Assembly: GCA_965644315.1 (NCBI GenBank)
Contig: CBFFRQ010000089.1
Coordinates: forward strand, 744,001 to 808,000
Reading direction: 5' to 3'
From: Caecitellus pseudoparvulus
Lineage: Eukaryota; Protista; Bigyra: Bicosoecida
DNA: 64,000 bases
Positions within the stretch are counted from its first letter, which is position 1, and each line of letters starts with the position of its first letter. The position numbers were made by a program, and so were the translations under genes. This document shows positions 9,901 to 20,267 of this stretch, piece after piece. The notes under the pieces are model-generated. The model ran no database searches. It saw nothing but the letters and a program-made list of their open reading frames with translations, and was not told where the DNA came from.

Positions 9901-12768
9901 CAATGTTTCGTGTGTATGCCGTTGCTTGATTCCGTGACGCAAGACCTTCAGAGCATCTTCCGGAGAGTGCACCCGCACCTCCCGCAGACCATCCACTGGC
10001 AGTCCACCATCGCAGGCGCCATGGTGGACCCGAAGGGGCACGGCAGTGTCTCCTTGCTCATCAGCATGCACCTGTGGCACATGTCCGCGGGGCCTTTGGT
10101 GGGCACTCGCCCAGTGCTCCTGACGGCTGTCGAAAGCGCCTTCTTCGAACCCATGTCTGAGCAACGGCAGCGCCGCGCGCAAGGCGGATGCAGCTGTATG
10201 GGCCTCAGCCGGAGACCTTGGGCGTGCGTAGTGTACACTCAGTGGTGAATCTTGCTTCGGTGATCCAGCTAGTGGGCTTGCGTCGCGGGGAGGAGTGCTC
10301 GGGCTAGTGGATGGCTCGCGGGCAAGCTGGGGGGGCTCAAAGTCTGGCTGTTCAAAGCGCGGGTAGTCCCTCAGAAGGTCATACAACTGTTCTTTGTAAA
10401 TCTCCATGTGTGAAACATGCACTTGAAACGTCGTATCTACGCGCTTGAGCTGGGAGAAGAGGGTATGCACTGCCCTGGGGATGATGCCAGCGCCACGCCG
10501 CAACTTGGCATGCCTCGTGCGCTCTTGCCTCGCAGCTCTTGGTCGCGGCCCCACCACGCCTTCAAGCGTGAAGGTCTTGCCAGTTCCCGTCTGCCCATAT
10601 GCGAAGATTGTGGCATTGTACCCCTGCAGAACCTTGAGCACAGTCGGGAGAACACCCTCTTCGAACAGCTGACGCTGATTGGTGGACTGCCCGAATACCC
10701 GGTGGAACGAGAAAGCTTTGGCCTGCACATATGCCGCATACCTCTGGACTTCCACGTTACGTCTTTTGCACGTGATGACGGGGCGCGCTCCCTCTGCAAT
10801 TTCTTTCGCCAGCAAAGGCCGGCAGCGGAGCAGGACCCGCAGCGACGCCAAGGGGTCACCAGGCGCCTGGTCGTGCACCGTCGCCCCAGCAGGGCTGTAC
10901 TGAATGACATCAGCATCCTCGCTTTCATACCCTTCCATGTCCTCAAAGATGGTTGCTGGGGGTGCAAAGGCTGCTTTGCCCGTGGCAGCCTGAGCTACAG
11001 CTGCTGCGTTGCCAGCACGTGCGTGTCCCCAAACGGCTTTGCCGAGGTCGGCAGCCCTCGTCGCGGCCTTTGCGGCCATGAACGCCTGATGTGGAGAGGT
11101 ACCTGCAGTGTGCACAGGCTCATCAAGGCTCCGAGTCTCGACTTTGCATACAATGAGCGTCTCTCCTGCCGCAAGGCTTGCCCCACCGGTTGACTCGCTG
11201 CCTCCAGCAGCTGGCAGTCCACTTGCTGGAGTGTCTGTGCCCGCCTCCAGCACAAAGTTAGTTGACGTCATGGGCAACTCGTATATGCCCTGCTGATGCA
11301 GCTTGCATGCAGATCGAGTTCCTGATGTTGGCTGAACGTGGGCTGGGAGGCAAAGCGCCAACTCTGTTCGCGACATCGCCGCCACCCCACGGCAGCCGGC
11401 CAGCGTTGCAATACGGCGCTGCATGGGCGGCGCCCAATGCCAGGCTTCAGGTGATTGCTTTCTGCTCCTTACAACTGTCCCATGCCACTGGATGCGGTAC
11501 AGGACGCTGGACGTGTCTATTGCGTGCACGATGAGTGAACCCCGTCCGTCCTGCTGCTCGCTCCAAGCGCAGGCACTGGAGCACCTGGGGAAGTCCCTGA
11601 ACGTGAACTCTTCAAATACTTGGGTGTCTGTGCACCGAAGACATGAAATGAAACCATGATTCGCCCCAGAGTGCCCCACAATCAGCACTCGCCCTGGACC
11701 TGCAGGCAAAAGCAGGGTGGGCACGTCAGAGTCATCCTTCGGTTGCCACAGATTCACACAGTCACTTGTGCCACCTCCCTCAGGTGACACAAGCTGCACT
11801 GTCCGCTTCGTCATGGCCCGTGCAGGCGGTCGTGCGGGGGTAGCAGTGATACACGCGAGTTTGCCAGCACAAGGTGCCATGCTGCACACCCCTGCCGGCG
11901 CCTGGAAGCGGTCAGTCTCGGACAAGGCATGATGCTTTAACCGATGCAGGCTGAAGAACGGCACACCCTTCTCATTCTTTGAAAGTGTGCAGTAGTCTTG
12001 CCCACTCCAACTACATGCATGGAGCAGGGTGTCTCCCTTTGGGAGAGCAGCCCAGTCGCTGCGAGAGGAGCTCGAAAAACACGCAAGTCCGTGAGTGGAA
12101 GAGACCAGGGCGCATTCGTTCCCCCCAAAAAGTTGCAGTGCTGTTGCGTCTCCCATAGCCAGGTACTTTCCATGCTTCAGGGCCTGTTCAGGAACGCCGG
12201 GGCAGGTAATTGACGCTGGTGCTGGGCAGCTGGCAGTGCGAAGTAGCTCTGGCCAGTCAGCTTCTGACAGTTTCTGCAGCTGCATGGTTCTGAATAAGGC
12301 CATGAGAAGTCCTCCAGTACCGTCCAAGTTGTCTGGTGTTAGAGGGGGTTGTCGCAACTGCTGTCCCTGCTTGGAAGCGGAGCCAGTGCCCCTTGGCGCA
12401 GGCACAGTTTGTGGCACAACCTGCACCGCCACTTCTTGAGCTGATTCTGCAGAGGCAGCCCCCACGGTTCGGCTGAGCAGCGCAGTGACAGCAGTCCAAA
12501 AGTCCCACGCGCTCTCGTGGCTCGCAATGAGCGGCACAGGGCAGCGGCCTTCAATCGCTACTGCGTTTCCGTTGGCGTCAGGCGAAACGCCAGCCAGCCT
12601 TTGCACCACCCCAAAGAACACAGCGGCAAGCTTTGCCCAGTCTGCAGCAACATGGGCGTCTATATGGGCCGACACTAGCACTGTCTCGTGTTGCGTGAAG
12701 CGCAGGGTGAGGGTTGCGCTGCCAGCTTCAACAGCGCCCTCTGGCGCCTGGGCTTCGCTTCCAGCCAT
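6922..12768 (-). CDS. Large kinesin-motor protein (kinesin-5/BimC-like motor) with long N-terminal extension and EF-hand motif(s)
   Basis: Motor at ~10843-9490: VLLRCRPL, P-loop IFAYGQTGTGKTFT, GIIPRA, EIYKEQLYDLL, switch I NMHSSRSH, switch II LVDLSGSENIKRSG, HVPYRESKLTRVLQ. EF-hand AFARFDDSQDGKLTPKQFRALM at ~8965-8885. Start uncertain (12768, or internal 11079). Confidence 0.8.
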   Translation of the reverse strand: MAGSEAQAPEGAVEAGSATLTLRFTQHETVLVSAHIDAHVAADWAKLAAVFFGVVQRLAGVSPDANGNAVAIEGRCPVPLIASHESAWDFWTAVTALLSRTVGAASAESAQEVAVQVVPQTVPAPRGTGSASKQGQQLRQPPLTPDNLDGTGGLLMALFRTMQLQKLSEADWPELLRTASCPAPASITCPGVPEQALKHGKYLAMGDATALQLFGGNECALVSSTHGLACFSSSSRSDWAALPKGDTLLHACSWSGQDYCTLSKNEKGVPFFSLHRLKHHALSETDRFQAPAGVCSMAPCAGKLACITATPARPPARAMTKRTVQLVSPEGGGTSDCVNLWQPKDDSDVPTLLLPAGPGRVLIVGHSGANHGFISCLRCTDTQVFEEFTFRDFPRCSSACAWSEQQDGRGSLIVHAIDTSSVLYRIQWHGTVVRSRKQSPEAWHWAPPMQRRIATLAGCRGVAAMSRTELALCLPAHVQPTSGTRSACKLHQQGIYELPMTSTNFVLEAGTDTPASGLPAAGGSESTGGASLAAGETLIVCKVETRSLDEPVHTAGTSPHQAFMAAKAATRAADLGKAVWGHARAGNAAAVAQAATGKAAFAPPATIFEDMEGYESEDADVIQYSPAGATVHDQAPGDPLASLRVLLRCRPLLAKEIAEGARPVITCKRRNVEVQRYAAYVQAKAFSFHRVFGQSTNQRQLFEEGVLPTVLKVLQGYNATIFAYGQTGTGKTFTLEGVVGPRPRAARQERTRHAKLRRGAGIIPRAVHTLFSQLKRVDTTFQVHVSHMEIYKEQLYDLLRDYPRFEQPDFEPPQLAREPSTSPSTPPRDASPLAGSPKQDSPLSVHYARPRSPAEAHTAASALRAALPLLRHGFEEGAFDSRQEHWASAHQRPRGHVPQVHADEQGDTAVPLRVHHGACDGGLPVDGLREVRVHSPEDALKVLRHGIKQRHTHETLMNMHSSRSHALFSVRVSIAQEATDSTPRGQVVSRLNLVDLSGSENIKRSGSTAERFQETSLINKGLLSLGRVIKALVEKAPHVPYRESKLTRVLQHALGGSSYTTMILTVSPSDIDAEETVATMNYAHMAKQVFNRPVQVAHSAGGKPATSMTIRLRRAVKAAANAAASAAAVHRKPWEGAVPSRDAGIHALHAAGERAAPCPEPEVIAKRLLSETSRTKKAAISEHAETSGAFEAAFKSRVSSAVAQAQHEAGGTQTPLAAPLAPQRAIAEDVQASQWVAQHVLRPAAHSWRAQQANGAARVLADTAVAALHEAFARFDDSQDGKLTPKQFRALMRHIKKRILEEQAHLYLSRAGPLATLRLPGTAALLHATSTLSQRAPPHMRLADPTKATSPTPQRRRFETGAANETVRSQSAHGRHTPARSSAGIFGTGDGSEHRFSSSDNQAPNSTAGAHGVDLEISDEEAERAFGLQESLLSLAAISDRLGAKRTKSRKPLRTSSPAERAAGGGLFSQAQQQKAHAVLIQRLQQEAEAALAQAAGSNVGHRSEAAQSGRAPRQAGLEGASCPRDSKEGRPSAGRSLCQPASDSLRVSTKAAPPLATAESAWWDFDRGRDLQQGRISTSKLCESGQNSALQLRPTTEKEQQTDAVMHGVDSFWFRLRAPSDERLHTAVHSAMREAHAARFQHALDSSHVNAVRSRVRAIDATWLVDVDSVRLQPGDSLPFHRFVAYITHLAKAAPTACMALFGALGYKLPQHFERSSLFPAARPGDKTGDNTQALGRASVKTGQRLTDTEQPGQSLLACHAGEMAARRATGVGAQRWQRLQDVVKVRDEQLHSTMQWLRVHGSGEARAGHVEHQYVRACRYFHALSTPFVRSMGGAEAALRANVPLEVSTLRLLGTPDLPPDRRSMGSGSGSLSVRRCQVLAHIASAEVPLQSGGSGLPENSILRWIMPSQHHLSRLRQEVFKDVVKLEGRLKGHSVTSGESSAMHG

Positions 12769-12963
12769 GGTTTGCATTGGTGGACACGCATGCACAGTGC
12801 CACAGAGGTTGCAAGCCAAATACAGGACCTGCAGGGCACAGATGGCAGCCCTGGCCGACGTGCTGCACGGCCCTTGCACGGCGCATTGTGGAATCCCGCT
12901 TGCTTTGAGCCCATGCAGGTGACGCACACATGAGAGCCGTCGCAGAAGAAGGCAGGAAGAAGA

Positions 12964-14010
12964 TCACCCAAGTACTTCACCAGGGATCTTGTCTGCCTCT
13001 GACGCAGCTTGAGTCACAGTGTTCGTGCCCTGGGGGTGGCGGGGGCGACGTGGAATGCCAAGCGTGTGTGGGGCATCTCAAGCGTGGCGGCGAGGTACGC
13101 ACAGCAGTGACTTCTTTCTGAGCCTCGTCAAAGAGAGATCCCACTGCAAACTGCCTGAAGCGAGAGAAGCGCAGGTTTCCCGATGTAAAGTACTCGCCGT
13201 TGGAGTCGGTGCCCACCCAGACAACATACACCTGTGCATGGAAGGGCAGGTCATGCAGCAGCGGCAGCAGGCAGCGCGGGGGCACTGGACGCTAGGCTCA
13301 CCTTCAGGTCACAGGCTTTGCCGCCCTGGCACTCGCTGGCCGGGACGCCACAGGCGCGGAAGGCAGGGTCTGACAGCACCTGCTTCGTGGCGTTGTTGAA
13401 GCCATTGTCTTGGCAACCAGACTCGCCATCGCAGAAGGCACAGGCATTGTCGTAGGTAATCCCTGTTACCTTCCCCTCGTCGACGATGATGACGGCGGTG
13501 AGGAAGGGGTAGAATGTGGCGCTGCCGCTGCAGGAGCGCTTCTGGTACACGTATGGCACGACTTGGTTTGTCGTCAGACTGCTGACCTCCACGGTGACGT
13601 AGAAATCTGTCAAGTTCGTGGGCTGCGTGCAATTCGCCTGCTCAGTGTAGCCCGTACCCTTGGCCACGACACCGCTGCCAGTGGGCAGGGCTTTTGCCGC
13701 TGTGAAGTGGGCGGACGGAGAGCCAGTGCGGGGTGAAGTGCACACCCAGGTGCAGGGCAGCAGCTAGGGTGAGTGCATGCAGGCACGTACATCCGGCGAT
13801 GTTGAGAAGGGAGTAGTCATCTGCCTTGGGATTGAAGATGGCACGCTGCACGCCGTTGAAGGTGATGCACACGAACGTCTCTTGGAATCGGGTTACCTTG
13901 CTGGCGCTGGAGCCGGTTGGGTGGCAGGGGCCGTAGTCCGCGAAGGCTGTCACTGCAGCAGCGCAGGTTGCAAGCGCAAGCGCACAGAAAACTGCCAGAG
14001 TGCTTTTCAT
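12964..14010 (-). CDS. Uncharacterised secreted Cys-rich protein; 4 exons
   Basis: Signal peptide MKSTLAVFCALALATCAAA. Introns 13790-13700, 13301-13232 and 13102-13030 give a continuous frame including GITYDNACAFC...CGVPASEC..CDLK|VYVVWVGTDSNGEYFTSGNLRFSRFRQF, ending EVLG-stop. Confidence 0.75.
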
Positions 14011-14185
14011 GGTTCGCTCTCCTGATTCGGGCGCGGCAAAGGCTGTGTGGCTGCGGTGGCAAGTGCAGCGAAACGCCCGCTCAACGCGGGGCAAGCAGCG
14101 TGTGGACTGGAGGCGAGGCACGCTGGAGCTCACACAGCAACGCTTCGAGCAGCAGCATGTGTGTGAATTTAAATGTGGCACTTCC

Positions 14186-17080
14186 TCACACAAGTGTGTG
14201 GTCCTCCACTTCGTCCAGCAGGGCGAGCAGGGCGGCCTCGTCGTACACCTCCTCCTCCCCCTCAAAGGCAGCCTGCGCTGCGCCTTGCTCGGCCTGAGGC
14301 GACGTGAATAGGCTCTGGTCTTGCAGGGCAGTGGGCGCCCCTGCAGATGTCGAGGCAGGGGAGGCCCCAAGTGTGCTGTCACTGCCCGGCGCCGGCGAGG
14401 GAACCGTGCTCTGTCCGCGTCCAAGGTCCTCGTCATCGCTGCCGCCGTCGCCGGGCCCGTCACTCTCCTCTGTTTCTTCACCACCGGCACCCCCATCCGC
14501 ATCACTTTCACCAGTGGATGATTGGGTGTCGTCTTGGGGCGAGCCAGGGCCGGGGGGGGGTGGTGGTGGCTGACGAGCGTGGGAGCCAGCAGCAATGGCA
14601 GCGGTCTCATACCCAGCCACGACACGGTAGCACAGCTGGTCCACGAAGGCGTCCACAAAGTCCTTGTGAATCCAAATGACCGAGGAGTCGAAGGTATCCA
14701 TCACGAACCGTGCCCCCGCTTCGTCCCCCGCCACGCGCATGACGTCGGCAAGTTTGGAGAAAGAGGCGCCTGCGTCATCCAGAGACGCCACTTCCAGCCC
14801 GACGACGGTGTAGAAGGACGTGTCGGCATTCAGCGCCAGCATGACCAGGGGCTTGGCGATGTGGGCGGGGGAAGTCACGCCCGCCGCGCCGGGGGACCGG
14901 TTCCACTGCCGCTTCACAAGCTGGTGGTGGTCCACGACAAACCTGCCTAGACGCAGGAGAAACTCAGGCTGCGTGAAGATGTGTCGGTCGGTCTCGGTCA
15001 AGTCCGCGATCTTGCACGTCCGCACCGCGCCGTTGAAGGTGAAGTGCTGCTTGGCGCGAAGCACGTAGGGGCCCAGGCGCAAGATAGCGTTCTGCACCTC
15101 CATGGCCAGGCGCAGGCCCTGCTGCAGCAGGGCCGGCTGCCGAGCCGTCAACGACTCAAACGCCACCCAGAAATTATCACGCCAGGAAACCTCGGCTGCA
15201 GAGCTCCGCCCTCCCACAGTGCTCTCCTGTGGCGCCCCAGCCTGGGCGCTTGCACGTGCCGCAACGGCAGCCACCGCCTCCTCCTCTGCCCGCGAAGTGG
15301 TGAGGGTCTTGGCGTACTCCAGGAGGGAGGCTGTCGCAAAAGCGACATCTGCCGCAGACACAGGCGCGGCGTAGCCTGTCTGCATGGTGAAGGAATCGTA
15401 CTCCAGCTCGCGCAGGGCACGGGGTCCGTCCCGCGCCAACGGCACCAGGCGCGTCGCCACTCGTGCTTTCATGGTGGAGGGCATGTGTGCAAAGGGCTGT
15501 TGGGCTGCCTTCAGTGGGATGCCTGCTGAAGCCAGCAGGGCCTTGAGCGACATGTCGTCATCGTCAGAGACCCAGAACCCCATGCGGGGGCCCAAGTACG
15601 GCGACAGGCGCATGCCTTCATACAGGGAAGTGTGGCGGTGCAGGAAGAAGCGGCACTCGACACTGCGTCGAATGTGGCCGAGGCGGGCTGCCGGCATGAC
15701 GGACACGCCGGCAGTGAGGGGGTCCACCTCTGCCGCGGCGCCGGCGCCTGCTGGCTGCAGCAGCTCGCCGTTCTCGTCGAAGACCGGCGCTGCCCCGTGC
15801 ACTGTGCCCCCTTCCAGGGCAGCTGGCAGGCCTGCCAGGGAGGGGCCGTTACCGGAGCCCGCTGTACTGGATGCCACGCGCCCAGGCGCGTCCTCTCGGG
15901 CTGGGTCGTTGAGCATGAGCACGCTGCGCTCCAGCTCCTGCCGGGCGTCTCGGTACAGCTCTGCCTCTAGCTTGCCATGCAGGAGGGAGTACGTGACGCC
16001 CACGATGGCCAGCCACAAGAGGTCGTTGCGCTCCCGGTGCAGCTGGCTGACGAGTTGCCACATGGAGTGTGACACGGGCAAGCCCCGAAAGCTGCCACGG
16101 CCGTAGTACTGTTTCCAGCGCCGCTTGCGGCCTGCGCGGGTGAGCTTCGCGGCACCCGCTGAGGAAGGTGACGTCAACTCCACGCGTTCCAAGTCATCGT
16201 CGCCATCATCTGAGTCATCCCCGCCGTCACGTCGTCGAACCCGACGCCTGCGCTTGTGCCCTCCAGCGGGCGAGCCAGGCGCTGGGCCAGAAGACAGCAT
16301 GTCTTCATCGGCTTCATCGTCCGTGTCAGACTCGTCAAAGTCATCGTCAGAGTCATGGTTGGCGGGAACGTCCCGCTTTGCATCCACTACGACGTACTGG
16401 TCGTCCATGACGAGGACCTGTGGGGCAGGGCCGGGTGCTGCCGTTGGCCTGGCGTTTCGGCTGCGGCTCAAATGCCGTGCCCGCGCGGCGTGCTGCACGC
16501 ACCTGCTCGGCGTCGTTCAGGCTGGTGTGGTAAATGGGCCGATTCGAGTCGAAAACGATGACCTTGATGCCCCTGCCCTCCACTGGCATCACTGCTGGCA
16601 GGTGCACGGTCCCTCCGCAGTTGATGCAGAAGATGGTGCTGAGCTGTGGGCGCGGAATTGGGCTCCTTTGAGGCGCGCGGGACCACCTGCAGTCTGCTGC
16701 AGGGGCAGACTCACCCCTTCATCGTCCCGCACAAGCTTTTGGAACACCTTGCGAAAGTCCAGGTACCCCGCCACGGGCGTGATGCGGAAGGAGATGCCGT
16801 CCATGTTCAGCAGCGTCTGTGACGGGCAACGGTAGCATGCATGCTGCTGTGCCACCGCGTGTGCAGCGCCCCAAAGCGCTCCACAGCCCACCATAGGCGA
16901 AATACCGGGAGACGACGGCCAAACAACTTGCGGGGTGCAGCTACGTACCTGCAGCATGCGCGCTGCGCACAAGCTGTCGGTGTCATTGGCAACCAGCAGC
17001 AAGACACCAGCGGCCGCAACTGAGGACTTGCCCTGCAGGTCCCTGTACACCTCAGCAACAGCTTTGGCGTCCACCAGCAT
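14186..17080 (-). CDS. CDC45: DNA replication factor Cdc45; 4 exons
   Basis: Introns 16948-16817, 16714-16644 and 16502-16418 give VLLLVANDTDSLCAARMLQ|TLL...PVAGY..|...CINCGG..VFDSNRPIYH..|acidic tract, YYGRGSFRG, NDLLWLAIVGVT, FFLHRHTSLYE, GIPL..AQQPF..M, VSAADV, FMDTFDSSVI-like C-terminus. Confidence 0.93.
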
Positions 17081-17290
17081 GGTGGCTGAATGGAACTCAG
17101 CTACGCCCCGCTAGCTGGGGTGAGGAGCACCAAAGCTTGCGTCGCCCTGACGGCGTGCATGCAGTTCGAAGCGTTTTGAACCGTGTGGGGCAATGGCTCA
17201 CGCTGAGCGGGTGGTGCATTCAGGGGTGTCGCTGAGCCGACATCATCACACACCACGACAAACAACAAAAGGCAAAGTGCAGGTTCGGTT

Positions 17291-18880
17291 TCACAGGTCG
17301 AGTTCCAGAGCAGCACGCTTGGACTTGCTTCGGGGGGTCAGGGCAGCAGCACCGCTGCGGCGGCGCTTGGCACTCCGGCGACTGCTGACTGGGCTGGACT
17401 GCACATCAGTGGCTGGGGGAGACATGACGTACACGGGGCCATGTGGGAAGGCCACGTCGCCTTCTTCATCGCTGGTCTCCTCGCCTGACTCGCTGGATTC
17501 AGAGGCTGTGGAGGGGCGGAGAGCAGCGTGAGGTGTCAAGCCTGGGCGAATGGAGGCAGCAAACAAGGCGCATGCGTTGGTCATAGGTGGCCACGGAATC
17601 TTCAGCATCGGTAGGGCGACCCGAGGGTCCCCAGGCCTGCAGAAGTCCAGACGTGAATAATCACTCCAACACAGCGCGCACACGACAGCCACGCAAGCAT
17701 CCTCAGGAAACCTAAAAGTGTGTCGTCACTGACATTCTGACGGTAATTCCATGGTAAGTAAATCGTCACAGGATTGCTTTGGCACGACTGCACACGCTGG
17801 ACAATAGCAAACACACACGCACCTTCGCTCTCGGAGGCGGCCTCCACGTGGCCTGTCTCCACCAGGTACAGGGACTGCTCGCCGTCCCCATCCTCTTCTT
17901 CACCTTGCACGACGGAGAAGAGGGAGCCGTCTCCCGTCATGAGCTGGGGGTTGCCTGAGGCATCGTCCCCGATGTAGGCCAAGGCCAGAGCGTCCTCATC
18001 CTCGGCGCCCGAGTCTTCCGACGTGGATTCAGAGTCGCTGTCGCTGCTGCTCGTGTCACTGGACGACGCTTCCGCTGCTTGCAAGACATACTGCTCCTCC
18101 TCATCGCTCTGCAAGAGTGGAGTTGAGTAGCGCTTCGTGCGGCACGCGGTTGGACGCTGTGGCAGGGTATGGCACACTGTGAGAGGTGCTCAGATAGTAT
18201 CAATATCGGCATTGCTTGCGGCTTGCGCCACAAACAAATACATGTAGCTGGTATTTTATCATCACCACAACTCTCAAGCGACACAGAGCAAGGCAGGCAG
18301 CAAACACGCACCTCGTCCGTCCCCGAAGTCTCCTCTGCGCTTGAGTCTTCCTCACCGGACTCTGCTTCGCCGACCACCATGGCAGGGGCGATGCCGTCAA
18401 TGACCCCTGTGAGCGCCACAAATCCCTCGGGCTGGTGCTCGCCGGAAGCCAGGGCGGAGAACTTGACGCGGTCGTCAGAGAAGACCATGTCCAAGACCAC
18501 TTGAGGGTTCTTCTTGGACAGATGTGCCACAGGCACAGTGACAACGGAGTCATCGTAGTTCTGCGGCGCGCAGCCCAGACGGGAGGGTTTGGGCGGGCAA
18601 GAGGCATCACACCAGCGTCAGCACTCACGATGGTTGTCACGTAGAGCGTGACAGTGTCCGACAGCGACGGGTCGCTGAGGGAAGCCCCCTTCAAGATCAA
18701 GCCATAGTTGTCAGGGCACTTAAAAGATTCGATGGCCCCAATGTCCACTGTCTTGGCTGCGGGGGCAGGGGAAGTGGTGTGCGTAAGCCAGGCTTGTTTG
18801 AATGCACCCAAAAGCCGCAAGCATGGCGGAACACCCCCGCCAGCACATGCTGCACAGCTGCACGCACCCCAGAAAGCCAT
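17291..18880 (-). CDS. Nucleoplasmin-like (NPL) domain protein with acidic tracts and basic C-terminus; snoRNA host gene; 5 exons
   Basis: Introns 18867-18757, 18628-18561, 18311-18109 and 17822-17506 give MAFW|AKTV...LILKGASL..VTLYVTTI|NYDDSVVTVPVAHLSKKNPQVVLDMVFSDDRVKFSA..VALTG. This is followed by D/E/S-rich tracts and an NLS-like RRSAKRRR...RSKSKR. Confidence 0.75.
17575..17672 (-). ncRNA. Second box C/D snoRNA candidate in the same 317-nt intron
   Basis: Terminal stem GTTGG/CCAAC; variant box C GTGATTA (17664-17658); variant box D ATGA (17584-17581), preceded by TTCCGTGGCCACC, complementary (one G-U pair) to LSU rRNA GGUGGCCAUGGAA. Confidence 0.5.
17697..17777 (-). ncRNA. Intronic box C/D snoRNA, snR77/SNORD65-like (guide for 18S Um578-equivalent)
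   Basis: Minus strand: terminal stem ATCC/GGAT; box C GTGACGA (17769-17763); guide TGGAATTACCGT (17751-17740), complementary to the universally conserved 18S GCGGUAAUUCCA; D' CAGA; C'-like GTGACGA; box D CTGA (17706-17703). Confidence 0.8.
18185..18270 (-). ncRNA. Intronic box C/D snoRNA candidate
   Basis: Canonical box C GTGATGA (18265-18259) and box D CTGA (18193-18190), spanning 76 nt with a short terminal stem. Lies in an AT-rich island of an unusually long (203 nt) intron. Contains ACCAGCTAC, complementary to LSU rRNA GUAGCUGGU. Confidence 0.65.
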
Positions 18881-19230
18881 AGTTCGCTGTGTTTGCTGAT
18901 TCTTTCGAGGGTCTGTGCTGGAGAGCATGACAGGAAGAGTTGGTGCGGGAGCCGCGTGGAAGGTTCTCGATGGCGGGGTGGCCACTGGCGCGGCCACAGC
19001 TGGTGTGCAGCGTGACAGACACGATGCACGACGGCGACACTTACACACTCTTCTGCCGCTAGCAGGGACGTACGCTTTGTTTTTTTGAGTTTGTTGAAAG
19101 TGCAGGGATGGCCAGAGCTTGCTTGTGCATCAAGGGTCAGCAAGGGGCCGTCTGGCCCAAGCCTCCGCCGAGAGGCCCAGCCAGACGAGGACACGCCTAC
19201 ACAGCCCCCCCCACGCGATGGGGTGCCACG

Positions 19231-19987
19231 TCATTTCCGTGGTGACTTGCGCTTGCTCTTCTTCCTGGCCTTGAGGCCTTCTTTCCAGTTCAGGTGTGTG
19301 CGCTTGGGAGCCACGCCAAGCGCCGACGTGCCGCTTTTCCGGCTGACGGCAGTCTCAGCAGCCTCTCCAATGACCCCAGCCTGGCTTCTGCGCGATTTCG
19401 AGAACTGCCGCTCAGAGGCGTCTTGCACAGGTGCCTGCTTCGCAGCTTCGTTTCGCTGGCGTTTCGTCCCACGACTGCCATCGCGACCCTTGCTGCGGGG
19501 TTCTGCCTTGCCCCGGCCTTCTCCACCTGCAGTGCGCCCTGTCATGCGCTGAGACCCGAGGGAGCCCTTGACTAGGCGGCTTGCTGCTGCCTTGTCCACT
19601 GAGGCTGGCCGCGCAGCACCAGTCGCTTGGTCCTGAACACCAGCCTCCTTGATGCGGCCAAAGTACTCCTTCACACGGCTAAGTTCATCAGACACTGGGT
19701 GCTCCTTCGTCCCGACGCCTTGCATCCGCAGAGCTGCGTAGCTCAGTGCAGCTATGGCATACGCGTACACAGCGTGAGTCTTTGCCTTGTCTACTGGCTC
19801 GAGTGGCTTGAGCACCGCAGCGAGTGGCGCAGCTGTCAGCTTTGCAGCGGCTGTCTGCACGCCCTGCACGGCTGATGCTCCCTGCGATGGGTGTCCGGGG
19901 AGAACGCTGAATTCAGGCATGAGGTGCTGCTGCACAGGCTGCTGTACACACGGCAGCCAGGGCGGCTTCTGCTCTGTCCTGAGCCAT
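19231..19987 (-). CDS. C1D: Exosome cofactor C1D/Rrp47 (Sas10/Utp3/C1D family); 2 exons
   Basis: MAQDRAEAALAA| intron 19951-19882 |...LEPVDKAKTHAVYAYAIAALSYAALRMQGVGTKEHPVSDELSRVKEYFGRIKEA..VDKAAASRLVKGSL, then a basic tail. Confidence 0.85.
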
Positions 19988-20267
19988 CGCACGGCGACGC
20001 TGCAGCTGCAACGGACGCCGAGGGCACTCCAAGCGCAGCCCGGGTGTGAGGGCAGCGCGCCTAACCCCCTCTACTTCGTTCAAAACATGCACAGGGGTGA
20101 TGCTGGCGAAGGTGGTTTATGGTTGCAATTTTACCCACCTGCAGCGTCTGCTCGTGGCTCCAAGAAGGAAGGTGGACTTCAGCGGGAGCTGTCCTGCTCC
20201 GCCTCGCCGAGTAGGTCACCAACCAGGCACGTACGGCTCGCAGGGGGTGTGCATTGCCACGGCCGCG

